From a virus (Duplodnaviria; Heunggongvirae; Uroviricota; Caudoviricetes): a DNA stretch of 64,000 nucleotides. Below, in pieces: positions 19,154-29,839 of this stretch. Every line of letters begins with the position of its first letter. Position 1 is the stretch's first letter. Both the position numbers and the translations under genes were made by a program. Location of the stretch: the IMG/VR virus record IMGVR_UViG_3300035501_000580; one strand, given 5' to 3'. The notes below the pieces were generated by a model. The model was given only the letters and a program-made list of their open reading frames with translations. It did no database searches and was not told the DNA's origin.

Positions 19154-19972
19154 AACAATAACGTTTATTTTGTATATGTAGTGTTGGGATTGTTTCTCCC
19201 AACGGCTTTTTCAAAAAAATTAATGGTTGTTTCACAACAACCATTAATAATCACCATCTATTTTCCCCTTTTGTTGTGAAGTGAAAACTTGTTTAGGATT
19301 TTCGGGACTTCACTTATTGAATTTCTACGTTCTCAAAAAAAAAATAAAAATTAACTATAATCTAATCAATCAATCAATATAAGTAAAAAGTCCTCACTTC
19401 AACAATTAAATTTGAAGTCCCAAAATTATAAATACATCCCCATTTCCCAACGATGATGTATTATGTCTCATCTTTTCCATTTGTGTCTTTCGTTGGATAC
19501 CCCTCCAACTTCCCACATCCTCAAAACCTCAGTTATCAATCACAGACTGCAATAAGATTTCTCCGCGAGCCAACTTGAGGTTAAGACACATTCCCCAAGT
19601 AAATAGTATGTTAAAAGAAAACAATTTAGGTGTTGTCTATTAACTTCCTGATTCATTCTACCTTGACTTTCGGTAGTCCACAGGCTTAAAATCGGCGGTA
19701 CTTCAACCTATCGTATACACTCTTAAAGTTCATTCACTTTAATTGGATACATATTAAATATAACAAAAATCTTTCAATATTGTTTTTGAGTTGTTGTTCT
19801 CTCAAAAACCTTACATATTAAATATAACAAAGAAGTTAGATTTTTGTCAAATTGAACTCAAATTTTTTCTATTTGTATCATCTTTGTGTAGATATTTATG
19901 AAAAAAAATTTCACAAATTTTGTCAAATTTTTTACAACAATTTTACAATTTTGTTACAACCATGTCAAAAGG

Positions 19973-20254
19973 TCAGTAAGCTAAGACAAAACCATGTGTT
20001 TCCGGAGACCAAAATCTATTTTCATGTTCAATACCTCGGATAGTTATAGTTCCCTTGTAATCATCTTGTGAGAGGTCAAAAGTAACCTTCATAACCTGTC
20101 CCATCTTTCCGAGGTCTTTATCTAATGTCTTATGAACATTATAGACAGGGATTGAATTCTCATTAAGAAAATTAAAAACTTGGTCGATACTTTTCATAGG
20201 TAGGTTGTTTAATCGACCAATAAGTGAATCATGGGTCATTTTAAGTGAAGTCAT
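19973..20254 (-). CDS. hypothetical protein (93 aa)
   Basis: ORF. Confidence 0.45.
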   Translation of the reverse strand: MTSLKMTHDSLIGRLNNLPMKSIDQVFNFLNENSIPVYNVHKTLDKDLGKMGQVMKVTFDLSQDDYKGTITIRGIEHENRFWSPETHGFVLAY

Positions 20255-21204
20255 TATATTTCGATATTACATCTTGTTAAATAGTCTTTTTCATCAGGTT
20301 CAGTAACGGAGGCCGCCTGATAGTTAATTAGTTTATTAGCGACCATCATCAAGTAATTTTTTTCTTCCTGTCCCATCTCATCACATACATTTACATCTTT
20401 AAGGAATGAACGTAAACGAATGGCGAAAGTTTTATCATTTACTATGCGGTTTCCAATAATAGGGTTCTCATCACAAGGAATAACTTTCTTCATTCTTGTT
20501 TTCCTTATACGTTTGAACTCTTCTTCATTGATACGTTGTTGTTCTTTTATCTCATCCATCTCATCAATATCTTTCATGATACCCGGAATGATTGATGGAA
20601 GTTTATTATATACCAAGTCGGGGAAGTAATCTTTATAGTAGTTTCCCAACAGGTCATATGGTTTATCAATATAATTTTCCCAGTTTGATTTCAAGATAGA
20701 AGGTACATCCATATGTTTACCATCTAATGTGTCCGGGTAGATATTGTAACCAACGACATCACATACATCCATCATACCAAACAAGTCCACGAGATAATCA
20801 ATAGTGAGAGCAACATACATCATATCTTGTTTTTCATCTTCACTTAATTTCTCATAATAATTTTTGGTAATGATTTCAAATGTGGTGGTTAATCCCCAAG
20901 CATCTTCAAGGATATAACGACATTTAATAAGGTTGAGGATAATTTTATTTACCTTTTCAACAGTTAGATTGATGAAATGGGTACATGGTTTTGGACCGAC
21001 ATTATCATAGACTATATCCAATACAATACCAATGATTTCATACTCTTTACGAAGTTGAAAGTTGTAATTCAAATTGTAAAGGTCTTGAAATCGAGTATCA
21101 GGATTTTGACCACGATCACTAATAAGGTCATTAATAAGAGCCTTTATCCATTCTTTTTTGGAGGCCATTCTGGTGAGGTTATCTAAATGTCTCATAATTA
21201 ACAA
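20254..21204 (-). CDS. hypothetical protein (316 aa)
   Basis: ORF. Confidence 0.55.
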   Translation of the reverse strand: MLIMRHLDNLTRMASKKEWIKALINDLISDRGQNPDTRFQDLYNLNYNFQLRKEYEIIGIVLDIVYDNVGPKPCTHFINLTVEKVNKIILNLIKCRYILEDAWGLTTTFEIITKNYYEKLSEDEKQDMMYVALTIDYLVDLFGMMDVCDVVGYNIYPDTLDGKHMDVPSILKSNWENYIDKPYDLLGNYYKDYFPDLVYNKLPSIIPGIMKDIDEMDEIKEQQRINEEEFKRIRKTRMKKVIPCDENPIIGNRIVNDKTFAIRLRSFLKDVNVCDEMGQEEKNYLMMVANKLINYQAASVTEPDEKDYLTRCNIEI

Positions 21205-21485
21205 AATGCGATGTCTTCTGGTTCAAGGATTTCAGTATCCATAATCCTTTCTTCAAAATGTTCGGTGAATTTTTTGTTTTCTTCGAGAGTTATATCATCA
21301 CCTTCACCACCATAGTTACAGTGAATACAGACATAACCTCTTGGATTGAACGCTCCACATTTGGGACATACATCAATACATGGAGCCCAGTTTCGACAGA
21401 AGTGGTAATATTTTTTCAGAAGTAAATAATCTTCGATAGATATTGTAACTTCCACATTATCTTCAGAAATTGAATGTTGAATCAT
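21198..21485 (-). CDS. hypothetical Cys-rich protein (95 aa), possible zinc ribbon (CPKCG ... CIHCN)
   Basis: two C..C pairs. Confidence 0.45.
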   Translation of the reverse strand: MIQHSISEDNVEVTISIEDYLLLKKYYHFCRNWAPCIDVCPKCGAFNPRGYVCIHCNYGGEGDDITLEENKKFTEHFEERIMDTEILEPEDIAFC

Positions 21486-21498
21486 CTTAACAATAAAA

Positions 21499-21819
21499 TT
21501 AAAAAATTAACAAAACCCACCCAATCCAGCATCCGATTTCATCAAATAACATATCTACTTGGTCAAAAACTCCATACGAAAAATAATCGTAGAGTTCCTT
21601 ACATAGACCGATGAACAATGTTATAAGACATGAAACGGATGCTTGGTTTATCTTCTCCATTGATTTGAAAAACTTACTGATTAATAAAACCAAGATAAGT
21701 GAAACCAAGAGGTGAAGATAAAATTCAGGTTGGATAGTGAACAGGTAATGATATAGGTCAGTCACCATTTGCCAAGAATTTTTGAATTGAGGGGATTGGT
21801 TCACCCTCATATCCAACAC
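21499..21819 (-). CDS. hypothetical membrane protein (106 aa)
   Basis: two hydrophobic segments. Confidence 0.4.
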   Translation of the reverse strand: MLDMRVNQSPQFKNSWQMVTDLYHYLFTIQPEFYLHLLVSLILVLLISKFFKSMEKINQASVSCLITLFIGLCKELYDYFSYGVFDQVDMLFDEIGCWIGWVLLIF

Positions 21820-21941
21820 GTCTTGCTTCTCTTAGAATATCACACATTAGGTTGATGTTGTGAGTATTCTGTTCAAACTCAGCAATAAGATAATCGAGAT
21901 AGTTGTCAGTGATGTCTTGTTCAAAAACTTCATCTGCGAGT

Positions 21942-22172
21942 TCAATTTCTTCTTTCGTCAACATAAGTAATACTATTTAACTGGTTTACAATTCTTTTAC
22001 ATTTACGTTCGCTAAAGTAACAAATACTTAGGAATTTATATCTATTTCTAATTGTTTCATAAATCGTGTGACCATGTAGGGCGACTAACATATCATAGAG
22101 GTCATAAGGACACATCTCATATTCGATGTGTTCGTCTGGGTAATGGTATCCACGAATTAACCATACTGTCAT
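21942..22172 (-). CDS. hypothetical protein (76 aa)
   Basis: ORF. Confidence 0.4.
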   Translation of the reverse strand: MTVWLIRGYHYPDEHIEYEMCPYDLYDMLVALHGHTIYETIRNRYKFLSICYFSERKCKRIVNQLNSITYVDERRN

Positions 22173-23104
22173 TTATTAAGTATCTTTGAATAAGTTTCGA
22201 TGAGTGACTTGAAGAACTCTCTGTCATCATTTTGACCAGCACTATCACGACGTAGATACATTTTAAGTTGATAAGTGGTCAGACCGAGATAAAACCTGAT
22301 TGTGTCGAGGTATTCATCTTTAAGTCTCTCATCAAAAATATAACAAAAATTAGATGGATAATGACGCAAAAAATCCATAAAATATTGGTGGCCTTTGACA
22401 TCATTATATAAACCAACATTGAGGTATTGTTGACGAACTGGGAAAATAGGATAACCTAAACTAAGGATTCTTATGATGTTAACTCTTTCGTCATTTTCGG
22501 CATCTGAGAAAAAGTCATCAAGACCATCCTCACGAAATATTTCAAGTTGTTCATCATACATTTCACTCCAAGATGTCGCTTTGGTTTTGTTTTTGATACC
22601 ATAATTCCAAGCGAAGTAATTGAAGTCCTGAGAGTCTATAATCTTTTTTACTACATCCTCATGTTCCAAGACAAGACAGAAGTGATTGTAAGGGTTGTTT
22701 AGATTTACTTTTTTGGGGATGTTGTAAAATCGTTTGTGACGGATTTCATCATTATCTCTAAGTTTCATCATCTTTTGTGTTTCCGGACTCGGTTCACTTT
22801 TCCATTCATCACCACCAAAATAAGTGAGATTGTTAAAGTAACATAGAACACCATCAATGTCTTCATCAAAAAACTGTTCTAATATTTTAACAGTTAGAAT
22901 ACCCTCATCAGGAGTGAGATAACCATAGTCATTATAAACACCATAGATAATTGGGCACATAGGTATTAGTGAGTAACAACCATTCCAGAGAATAGCGTCA
23001 CTAAAGTCAAGGTCAGATTGAATTTTACACAGGATACCAGCGACCCTTTGACCTTCTTGAATGGGGATTTGTGAGATACACCCAGATGAATTAAAACATC
23101 CCAT
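22169..23104 (-). CDS. hypothetical protein (311 aa)
   Basis: ORF. Confidence 0.55.
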   Translation of the reverse strand: MGCFNSSGCISQIPIQEGQRVAGILCKIQSDLDFSDAILWNGCYSLIPMCPIIYGVYNDYGYLTPDEGILTVKILEQFFDEDIDGVLCYFNNLTYFGGDEWKSEPSPETQKMMKLRDNDEIRHKRFYNIPKKVNLNNPYNHFCLVLEHEDVVKKIIDSQDFNYFAWNYGIKNKTKATSWSEMYDEQLEIFREDGLDDFFSDAENDERVNIIRILSLGYPIFPVRQQYLNVGLYNDVKGHQYFMDFLRHYPSNFCYIFDERLKDEYLDTIRFYLGLTTYQLKMYLRRDSAGQNDDREFFKSLIETYSKILNK

Positions 23105-23110
23105 AGTTAA

Positions 23111-23593
23111 TTAAATATTTGATTCAAAAATTTTATTCAAGTCTTTTTTGAACGTACGATTATATTTCGTGTTCCAACTTTGATTCCAGTCACCATCACG
23201 ATATACCTTTCGTAGTTCTTTGGCGGTGGATTGTCTTTTTATTCTGGCTAATCCTCGACCAAACATAACAGTGTATTTTATTTCACCACCAATGACGACA
23301 TTTTTATTACCAACACGAACAGAGATACCAACATGATAGCAAAGACCATCATAAACGATTTCACTAAGTGTTGAGGTTTTGATTGATTTCAAACGAGGTG
23401 CCCAGACAATAATGTTATATGGGATACCCAGTTCTTCGAGATGACGAGCGATTTCAGATGCGGCGAACATACAACCACCATGAAAGAGTTCGTGTTTATC
23501 TTTCCAATAGTTGACCAAATCATCAACTTCTTTGATTATGTCTTTTCTTGTTCTCATATATTGTTTGTTTTGAATTACACTACAAAGATACAA
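23111..23593 (-). CDS. hypothetical protein (160 aa), paralog of 18219..18677
   Basis: shared motif; promoter unit at 23572-23640 upstream. Confidence 0.5.
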   Translation of the reverse strand: MYLCSVIQNKQYMRTRKDIIKEVDDLVNYWKDKHELFHGGCMFAASEIARHLEELGIPYNIIVWAPRLKSIKTSTLSEIVYDGLCYHVGISVRVGNKNVVIGGEIKYTVMFGRGLARIKRQSTAKELRKVYRDGDWNQSWNTKYNRTFKKDLNKIFESNI

Positions 23594-23640
23594 GAAAAAA
23601 TTGAAACCACCAAATATTTTACTAAAAAAAATAACAAAAA
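23572..23640 (-). promoter_or_regulatory. conserved promoter unit (variant)
   Basis: attacactacaaagatacaag ... ccaccaaatatttt. Confidence 0.5.
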
Positions 23641-23668
23641 AAAATGGGGCAAAGTAAATTACTTTGTC
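23641..23668 (-). terminator. rho-independent terminator (stem ggggcaaagta/tactttgtccc, T8 tail in minus sense)
   Basis: hairpin + A8 on plus strand. Confidence 0.55.
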
Positions 23669-23711
23669 CCGACCGTTTAGTTCTGTTTACTAATTAACTG
23701 TATTGTAAGTT

Positions 23712-23888
23712 TTAGATACCAAGTGAATCAACGGCTACTGTGTCAACAGCAAGTGAATCTACACCAAGAGAGTCAACAACGACTTCGGTAGAGTCAGTAG
23801 AGGTTTCAGAACCAGCACCTGCACCATTTGTACAAGCAACACATGACATAGCAAACACTGCAACAATCGCGATAAGAATTTTCTTCAT
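23712..23888 (-). CDS. small secreted lipoprotein (58 aa) with VDSLG/VDSLA repeats; not in supplied ORF track
   Basis: translation MKKILIAIVAVFAMSCVACTNGAGAGSETSTDSTEVVVDSLGVDSLAVDTVAVDSLGI; lipobox MSC. Confidence 0.45.
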   Translation of the reverse strand: MKKILIAIVAVFAMSCVACTNGAGAGSETSTDSTEVVVDSLGVDSLAVDTVAVDSLGI

Positions 23889-23973
23889 GATTTTTTAGTT
23901 ATTATTGAATTTTTATTTTATTTATTGGTGGTGACTTTTACATCACCACCAAGGTTATTTATGTTTAATTAAT

Positions 23974-25092
23974 TTATTTACTTGTAACAGTTACCGTACG
24001 ATTACTTTCGTAGTCAGAACCAAATTGCTGAGTAGCACCACCAGCAACCACAGACAGACGAGTAGTAGGTACACCACGTTCTACAAGTGCATTACGAACA
24101 GCTTCTGCACGATGGAGTGAGAGTGTTGAGTTATAAGTTTCCTCACCTTCGATAGATGCCCAACCAGTGATTACATATTCTTTGTTGTCACTCTTAATTT
24201 GAGTTGCGAGAGTGTCAAGGACTTTATTTGAAGTGGGATCCAAAGTATATTCACCCTTTGTAAAGTAAGGAGATGATACTACATAACTTGTTACGGGTAC
24301 TTCACGAACAACTTCACGAACAACATCATTAGTAACTACAACAGTATCAGGAGTTACATTAGATAGACGTTCTACCATTTCATCATATTCACGAACTGTA
24401 TAAGCTTTTGTGAAGTTGTGAGTTGTTACACCCTTTGAATTTTTATGTCCAAACTTATATGTGAAACCAACTTCAAGACCAACACGTGCTTTGTTTACAT
24501 TGTAGTAAGGTTCACCAGTGTAATTAGAACCTGAAAGGGCATACATTACAGTGGGTCGAACATCAATTACCCAAGCTTTTGTTTCACCAAGATTGAAGGC
24601 CAAGTCAATACCCATTTTAGTGGCGAAGGCATTACGACCAACTGCTTGAACGGTAGGAACATTACCTTTATCTTCTACTGTACCATTACCATAAGCATGA
24701 AGCCAACCAACACCAACGAAGGGGATTACTTCTACTCGGTCACTTTCACCACGATATTTGTGAAAGATATTGTTGAGATTTAGACGGGCGTTCAGTCCAA
24801 CATAACTTGCGTCTACGAATTTGTTTCGTGTAGAGAAACCATCATGGAATACTGCTTCACCATTAAGTTCCATACCAAAGATAGGAGTGAACCATTTACC
24901 AAGATAGAGATTAGCATCAGGAGCTACTGTCCAATTTGAATGACCAATAATATCATTCATACCAACTTGTCCACCAACAGAAACACCAACATAAGTGTTA
25001 TCGAAGAATTTAGAACCCTCAACTGTGGTTTGTTGGGCAAACATTGAAAGTGAGGCAAATACCATCACCAACATCATAATAATTTTTTTCAT
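23974..25092 (-). CDS. OmpA-family outer-membrane protein (signal peptide, beta-rich N-domain, C-terminal OmpA peptidoglycan-binding domain), 372 aa
   Basis: C-terminal GWASIEGEETYNSTLSLHRAEAVRNALVERGVPTTRLSVVAGG matches OmpA_C consensus; N-terminal MKKIIMMLVMVFASLSMFAQQ signal. Confidence 0.75.
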   Translation of the reverse strand: MKKIIMMLVMVFASLSMFAQQTTVEGSKFFDNTYVGVSVGGQVGMNDIIGHSNWTVAPDANLYLGKWFTPIFGMELNGEAVFHDGFSTRNKFVDASYVGLNARLNLNNIFHKYRGESDRVEVIPFVGVGWLHAYGNGTVEDKGNVPTVQAVGRNAFATKMGIDLAFNLGETKAWVIDVRPTVMYALSGSNYTGEPYYNVNKARVGLEVGFTYKFGHKNSKGVTTHNFTKAYTVREYDEMVERLSNVTPDTVVVTNDVVREVVREVPVTSYVVSSPYFTKGEYTLDPTSNKVLDTLATQIKSDNKEYVITGWASIEGEETYNSTLSLHRAEAVRNALVERGVPTTRLSVVAGGATQQFGSDYESNRTVTVTSK

Positions 25093-25175
25093 AAAATCTT
25101 TTTTCCTTTTATTAAATTTTGTTTTAATAAGAACTAACGGTTAAAAAACTTACATATTAAATATAACAAACAAAT

Positions 25176-25685
25176 TTATGTTCGTACGACTTTTCGCCGT
25201 AATTTTTCATATTTTTTTATATCCTCATAAGCATTCATTACCCTTTTCCGATACCAATAAGATTTACCATTGTGTAGTTGGATGGCTGTTTTCATTGAAT
25301 AATCCGGGTTGTGGGCTTTCTGCATAAGGTCAAATATTTCATAGGCTGAGTCAAAACTGAGGACATCGTTCATACTGTAATTTGTATTGTGAACTCGATT
25401 TACCTCATTAACATAGACTGGAGTGATTTGAAAATAACCTTTTGCACCTTTTGAGGATACCTGTGTTGAGTCATATTCACTTTCAACCTTCATCAGAGCC
25501 ATAGTGAACATATTCCAATCAGACATTTGGTCATCAGATTCCTTTATATTATTTTCTTGACCTAAAGAAACCGTTTCCACTGTGTTTTCTTGGTTAGTTG
25601 GTCTAAGGAGAAAATAGAGAGTGAAAACGGTATTAAAAAATAGGGAAATAATAAATAGAAATCTTTGCAATCGCAGAAGATTCAT
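25176..25685 (-). CDS. lytic transglycosylase (SLT domain), N-terminal membrane anchor, 169 aa
   Basis: VESEYDSTQVSSKGAKGYFQI matches ES-N8-S.AGA.G.MQ SLT catalytic motif. Confidence 0.7.
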   Translation of the reverse strand: MNLLRLQRFLFIISLFFNTVFTLYFLLRPTNQENTVETVSLGQENNIKESDDQMSDWNMFTMALMKVESEYDSTQVSSKGAKGYFQITPVYVNEVNRVHNTNYSMNDVLSFDSAYEIFDLMQKAHNPDYSMKTAIQLHNGKSYWYRKRVMNAYEDIKKYEKLRRKVVRT

Positions 25686-25746
25686 ATTAAATATAACAAA
25701 TTTTTTTTGGTTTTCATCCTAACCAATTATCAGTCAGGATTCTCAC

Positions 25747-26115
25747 TTAGAGTTTATAAAATCGAGCTCCAGATTCATTGATAAGGGCATGTGTGAACTT
25801 ATCAGCTCTCTCATATGTTTTGAAATGTCGAGTTATCACATCATCATTGGAGAGGTGGATTTCAACACTGGGGTACTCCATGACATACTTAGTGTCAGGG
25901 TGGATATACAAGTCTTCATCAATATAATCTTTTATTTCAGATTCCGGTATGTTTTGTGAAGTTAAAACATCATGGTAGTATCCACCAATGACTGGAAGAA
26001 AAGAGATACCAAAGAGATGATGTTTTGTGTGGTAACAAATAGGAGAATATTCCTTTGAACCAAATAACCTGATTTCTACGATTTGAACTGAGTTGATAAA
26101 TTGATAAGTTCGCAT
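25747..26115 (-). CDS. hypothetical protein (122 aa)
   Basis: ORF. Confidence 0.45.
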   Translation of the reverse strand: MRTYQFINSVQIVEIRLFGSKEYSPICYHTKHHLFGISFLPVIGGYYHDVLTSQNIPESEIKDYIDEDLYIHPDTKYVMEYPSVEIHLSNDDVITRHFKTYERADKFTHALINESGARFYKL

Positions 26116-26270
26116 AATGACAGATTTTTAGACGTAAGATACTACAATTTTCTTTCCTTTAACCTTGATAGAACGTATTTTGTCACCAATAACACATTCA
26201 CCAAAGATGACATCATAATCTTCACATTCATCAGGAAGACTATTTAGAATTTCTTTTAACTTAGATACCT

Positions 26271-26795
26271 TCATGATTCGGAATTTTTAATGTTTGGGAG
26301 ATGTTTAATATAATACTCAGCTTCTGATTTTGTGTCAAAGTAGTTACCACATTGTTTACGGAACTCATCTACAGATTCACGTATTCCAATGATAGCTGAG
26401 CGGATTTGACCTGTCGAACTGATGTACCAATATTTGTAGTCAGATACAGGTTTTTCGATGTCCTCCAATTTGACATGGACTATATTGTCATAACTACCAT
26501 CTATTTTGATATAAGTGTCAAAAGGAGTGATGGGGTTTTGAATAACTCCGGTTTGGTTGTGCCCTCGGTAGGTGAACATAACGTGTGAACCAGATTCAAA
26601 AGGATAAGTTCGTTCGGTTTCGGTAAAGTTGGTTTTGTCATTTATATTTACAAAACTTGGGAGAACTTTACCATCTCGTGTACGATAACTTTTCGTATTG
26701 TCATCCCAAAAGAATGTGTCACCTTTTCGGGGTTTGTCTTCACCAAAGATGGGTAATGTTTTCTTGACTGTATATTGGGTAAAAGTTGTAGACAT
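26271..26795 (-). CDS. hypothetical protein (174 aa)
   Basis: ORF. Confidence 0.5.
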   Translation of the reverse strand: MSTTFTQYTVKKTLPIFGEDKPRKGDTFFWDDNTKSYRTRDGKVLPSFVNINDKTNFTETERTYPFESGSHVMFTYRGHNQTGVIQNPITPFDTYIKIDGSYDNIVHVKLEDIEKPVSDYKYWYISSTGQIRSAIIGIRESVDEFRKQCGNYFDTKSEAEYYIKHLPNIKNSES

Positions 26796-26901
26796 GATTT
26801 ATTGTTTAGATAGTTAGTGATTTTGTTTGAAAAAATTCCCACAGGTCTTTTACCGATCAGGACTATTACACCTGTGGGAATGAACGATATGACTAAAATG
26901 T

Positions 26902-27177
26902 TTAAACTTCTGCTTCTTCTTCAAGTGGTTGAATAGATTTGATTTCCACCACTGAACTTGGGTGGTAGCATCGCCAGTCACAACGGTCGATGTCCCAGTA
27001 AGAGTTGAAACCATATTCACCCGGACCATAACCACCTTGTGGGCGGTAGTTTTGTTCGGAGATGTATTCAGGGTCTGTGGTACCCTTAGCTTCTCGGAGT
27101 TCACCATTCTTTTTGACGTAGGTGAAAGTAACGATTGACGTTTGGAGAGCTTTACGGAGTTGTTGAAGGGTTGTCAT
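26902..27177 (-). CDS. hypothetical protein (91 aa)
   Basis: ORF directly downstream (minus sense) of promoter unit 27195-27290. Confidence 0.5.
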   Translation of the reverse strand: MTTLQQLRKALQTSIVTFTYVKKNGELREAKGTTDPEYISEQNYRPQGGYGPGEYGFNSYWDIDRCDWRCYHPSSVVEIKSIQPLEEEAEV

Positions 27178-27194
27178 GATTTCTTTATTTAGAG

Positions 27195-27290
27195 AGTTAA
27201 ACTTTTGTTTTCTTTTTACACTACAAAGATACTTGATTTTTTTGACCTGACCAAATTTTAAGTGCTAAAAATTTGTTAAATCTTTTATCT
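27195..27290 (-). promoter_or_regulatory. conserved promoter unit
   Basis: tacactacaaagatacttgatttttttgacctgaccaaattttaagtgctaaaaatttgttaaatc. Confidence 0.65.
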
Positions 27291-27302
27291 TATGTAATCC
27301 TA

Positions 27303-27569
27303 TTAAAAAAGGATTCTTTCAAGAAGTGGTCGTTGGGGTGGATATTTAACCAATATATCATCTTCCAATAGATTGAGTAGTTTCTCAGCATGTTCTCTAA
27401 TTGGATGATTCCCATCTCTGGTAGTTAAATCTACTTCACCATCAACCCAACTGAATGGAGGATAAGTCTTGATAGTTTGCCATCCCCACCATCTACGTTT
27501 TTGGATTTTAATGATTTCATAGTCATAATTTCCAGTTGTGTATAAACGATATTTAGTTTTCGTTGCCAT
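27303..27569 (-). CDS. hypothetical protein (88 aa)
   Basis: ORF downstream of duplicated promoter units 27590-27775. Confidence 0.5.
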   Translation of the reverse strand: MATKTKYRLYTTGNYDYEIIKIQKRRWWGWQTIKTYPPFSWVDGEVDLTTRDGNHPIREHAEKLLNLLEDDILVKYPPQRPLLERILF

Positions 27570-27589
27570 AATTTTTTGTTTAGAGAGTT

Positions 27590-27775
27590 AAACTTTTGTT
27601 TTCTTTTTACACTACAAAGATAATTGATTTTTTTGACCTGACCAAATTTTAAGTGCTAAAAATTTGTTAAATCTTTTATCTTTCATCTTGTGTAATGTTG
27701 TTTTTTAATTACAATACAAAGTTACAGGATTCATCTGGTTTCTCCAAATGAATCCTGTTAAAATATTAAAAACAT
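27590..27775 (-). promoter_or_regulatory. two tandem promoter units
   Basis: tacactacaaagataattga ... and ttacaatacaaagttacagg ... ctccaaatg. Confidence 0.6.
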
Positions 27776-27776
27776 T

Positions 27777-28280
27777 CTATTTAGTTTTGTTGTCGTGATT
27801 TGATAGAACTTTATAAACATTACTTTGAATACTTACCATCTCATCAAACAACTCAACCACACTATTATATTGTGTTTCTGTGATTTCTGTACATTTTACA
27901 TTAGGGTGAGGGTTAAAATTCTCACTATAAGGATTGTCGATATACTGTTCAGATACAAAACTTTCGGTTTGAATTGACATGAATATTCCATTCTCCATAT
28001 AAATGTCATCAGAAATTTCGTAGAATCGTTTCGTCCAAAAACCACCAACAGGTTCGTCATAATCTGTTATTTGAAAAACCGATTTGACTTTTTTGTTAAG
28101 GTCTTCCAATACGAAATAACGACCAACTAAGTTATTGTAGAATTGTAAACATTGTTTCTCTTTATCACTGAGATTAAATTGTTTCTCTTTACTGTGATGA
28201 TATACTAAATAATCTCGAAGAGTTGCGTCAGGGTGGTCTACTAAATAATCCGCCGCATCATTTAATTCTTGTGAACTCAT
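27777..28280 (-). CDS. member 1 of five-gene paralog family (167 aa)
   Basis: shared N-terminal ..DATL..Y.. and ..LVGRYFV.. and C-terminal ..QYN.V...F..(M/L)V motifs. Confidence 0.6.
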   Translation of the reverse strand: MSSQELNDAADYLVDHPDATLRDYLVYHHSKEKQFNLSDKEKQCLQFYNNLVGRYFVLEDLNKKVKSVFQITDYDEPVGGFWTKRFYEISDDIYMENGIFMSIQTESFVSEQYIDNPYSENFNPHPNVKCTEITETQYNSVVELFDEMVSIQSNVYKVLSNHDNKTK

Positions 28281-28298
28281 TGTTTATAATTTTAGTTG

Positions 28299-28877
28299 TC
28301 AAAAAGTATAGACAAGTTGGTTGAATGCATTAATCACCTCATTATATTGTTCTTTGGTGATTTCAATAACTTCCAAACCTTCATAATCTTCTTCTTTAAT
28401 TCTTGATTCTTTATGGAAGATTTGATAACGTAGTTTACCATAAGGACTATACTTGAATACATTTTCATTAACATAGTGGATATAGACATTTTCAATCTTA
28501 TAACTCTGGGTTTGGATTTCAGGAACATAGAAAACCATAGTCGTATTACTCTTGTGATCAATAAGTTTGTAATACTTATCTATGTATTCATCATCCTCTC
28601 TAATCCAAGGTCGTAGTTTATGTAACTTCTCGGTATCCTGTTCCAACATATATGAATCCGACCACTCAAGGAAACCGGAGTAATTACCTTCGGGATGTTC
28701 TTTTAGATAGAGTTCCATTAGTTCATTTTCACGAATTACCTCTGGAACATCATCATCATCATTTAATTCATCTCGATAAGGATTTGTGTAGTTTTCATAA
28801 TTTGGTTCTTCTGGTTCTCGTTTTTTTAGAGACTCATAGGCCAATTCTTCCATTGTAATATTCTCATTCATTTTCAA
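28299..28877 (-). CDS. member 2 of paralog family (192 aa)
   Basis: C-terminal ITKEQYNEVINAFNQLV matches family. Confidence 0.55.
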   Translation of the reverse strand: MKMNENITMEELAYESLKKREPEEPNYENYTNPYRDELNDDDDVPEVIRENELMELYLKEHPEGNYSGFLEWSDSYMLEQDTEKLHKLRPWIREDDEYIDKYYKLIDHKSNTTMVFYVPEIQTQSYKIENVYIHYVNENVFKYSPYGKLRYQIFHKESRIKEEDYEGLEVIEITKEQYNEVINAFNQLVYTF

Positions 28878-29364
28878 TATGTTTAGTTTCTATATGTTCA
28901 ATTTGATTGAATACATCCAAAAGACCATTGACTTCTTCTCTCATATGTGAATACTCAAATTCACTTATTTCAAAGACTTCAATTTTATTAACATCATAAT
29001 CTAAATCGACAGTTGAATATGGATTGTCAAAGATATATAGAGGGATTTCTTTGTCCCATTCAAACTTTAATGACTGTTGATAATCCCCATCAAGGTTTGT
29101 GTGATTGATGAATTTAAATATTGTGTGAGTTTTGGCGGTGTCATTTGAAACATGGTCAACCTTAAAGTAAAGAATTTCAGCGTCTCCATTAATCTTAATC
29201 ACAAAATATTTTCCTACCAATGTCTTAAACCACTGGGCATACTCACTATTGTTATCCAGTTCTTCAAAAAATTTAGTTTTAACATAGTATTGTTTAAATT
29301 CTTCAAGAGTTGCGTCTGGATGAATAAAAAGATATTGTTTTAGTTCCTTAAAATATTTTTCCAT
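28864..29364 (-). CDS. member 3 of paralog family (166 aa)
   Basis: HPDATLEEF ... LVGKYFVI ... EFEYSHMREEVNGLLDVFNQI. Confidence 0.6.
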   Translation of the reverse strand: MEKYFKELKQYLFIHPDATLEEFKQYYVKTKFFEELDNNSEYAQWFKTLVGKYFVIKINGDAEILYFKVDHVSNDTAKTHTIFKFINHTNLDGDYQQSLKFEWDKEIPLYIFDNPYSTVDLDYDVNKIEVFEISEFEYSHMREEVNGLLDVFNQIEHIETKHIENE

Positions 29365-29366
29365 AG

Positions 29367-29837
29367 TTATAACAGTGAAAGTTTATCAGATGATGCTTGT
29401 ATTTTTTGTATTTCATTCATAGCTTTTATATACTCATCAGATGAAATTTCTACATATCGGTGTGGATTAAGAGACATTTCTTCAATAAGGGCATATGGAT
29501 TATCAAACTTATCGAATGGAACGTTGTGATTATCCAGTCTTGTAACGGTCACACTTTGTTGTTCATCATAGTTGTCAAAATGAACTTCATACAATTTTTT
29601 AGTCAATCCTCGTTTTGTGTCAAGGTCAACTGCAGACAACAAGAAATAACACAAATACTTATTAGGGATAGTAAGTTTGAAACATTTACCTACTTGTTCC
29701 TCAAACCAAGCATTGTATTTTATTTTTCTCATGTTACGTTCCTTCTTTTCTTCCTGAAGGTAATCATAATATTCTTGTAGAGATGCCTTGGGATTATCTT
29801 GTAGGAAATCTCTAAGTTTTTGTAATCCAGAACCCAT
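29367..29837 (-). CDS. member 4 of paralog family (156 aa)
   Basis: NPKASLQEYYDYL ... QVGKCF ... SDEYIKAMNEIQKI. Confidence 0.55.
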   Translation of the reverse strand: MGSGLQKLRDFLQDNPKASLQEYYDYLQEEKKERNMRKIKYNAWFEEQVGKCFKLTIPNKYLCYFLLSAVDLDTKRGLTKKLYEVHFDNYDEQQSVTVTRLDNHNVPFDKFDNPYALIEEMSLNPHRYVEISSDEYIKAMNEIQKIQASSDKLSLL

Positions 29838-29839
29838 TG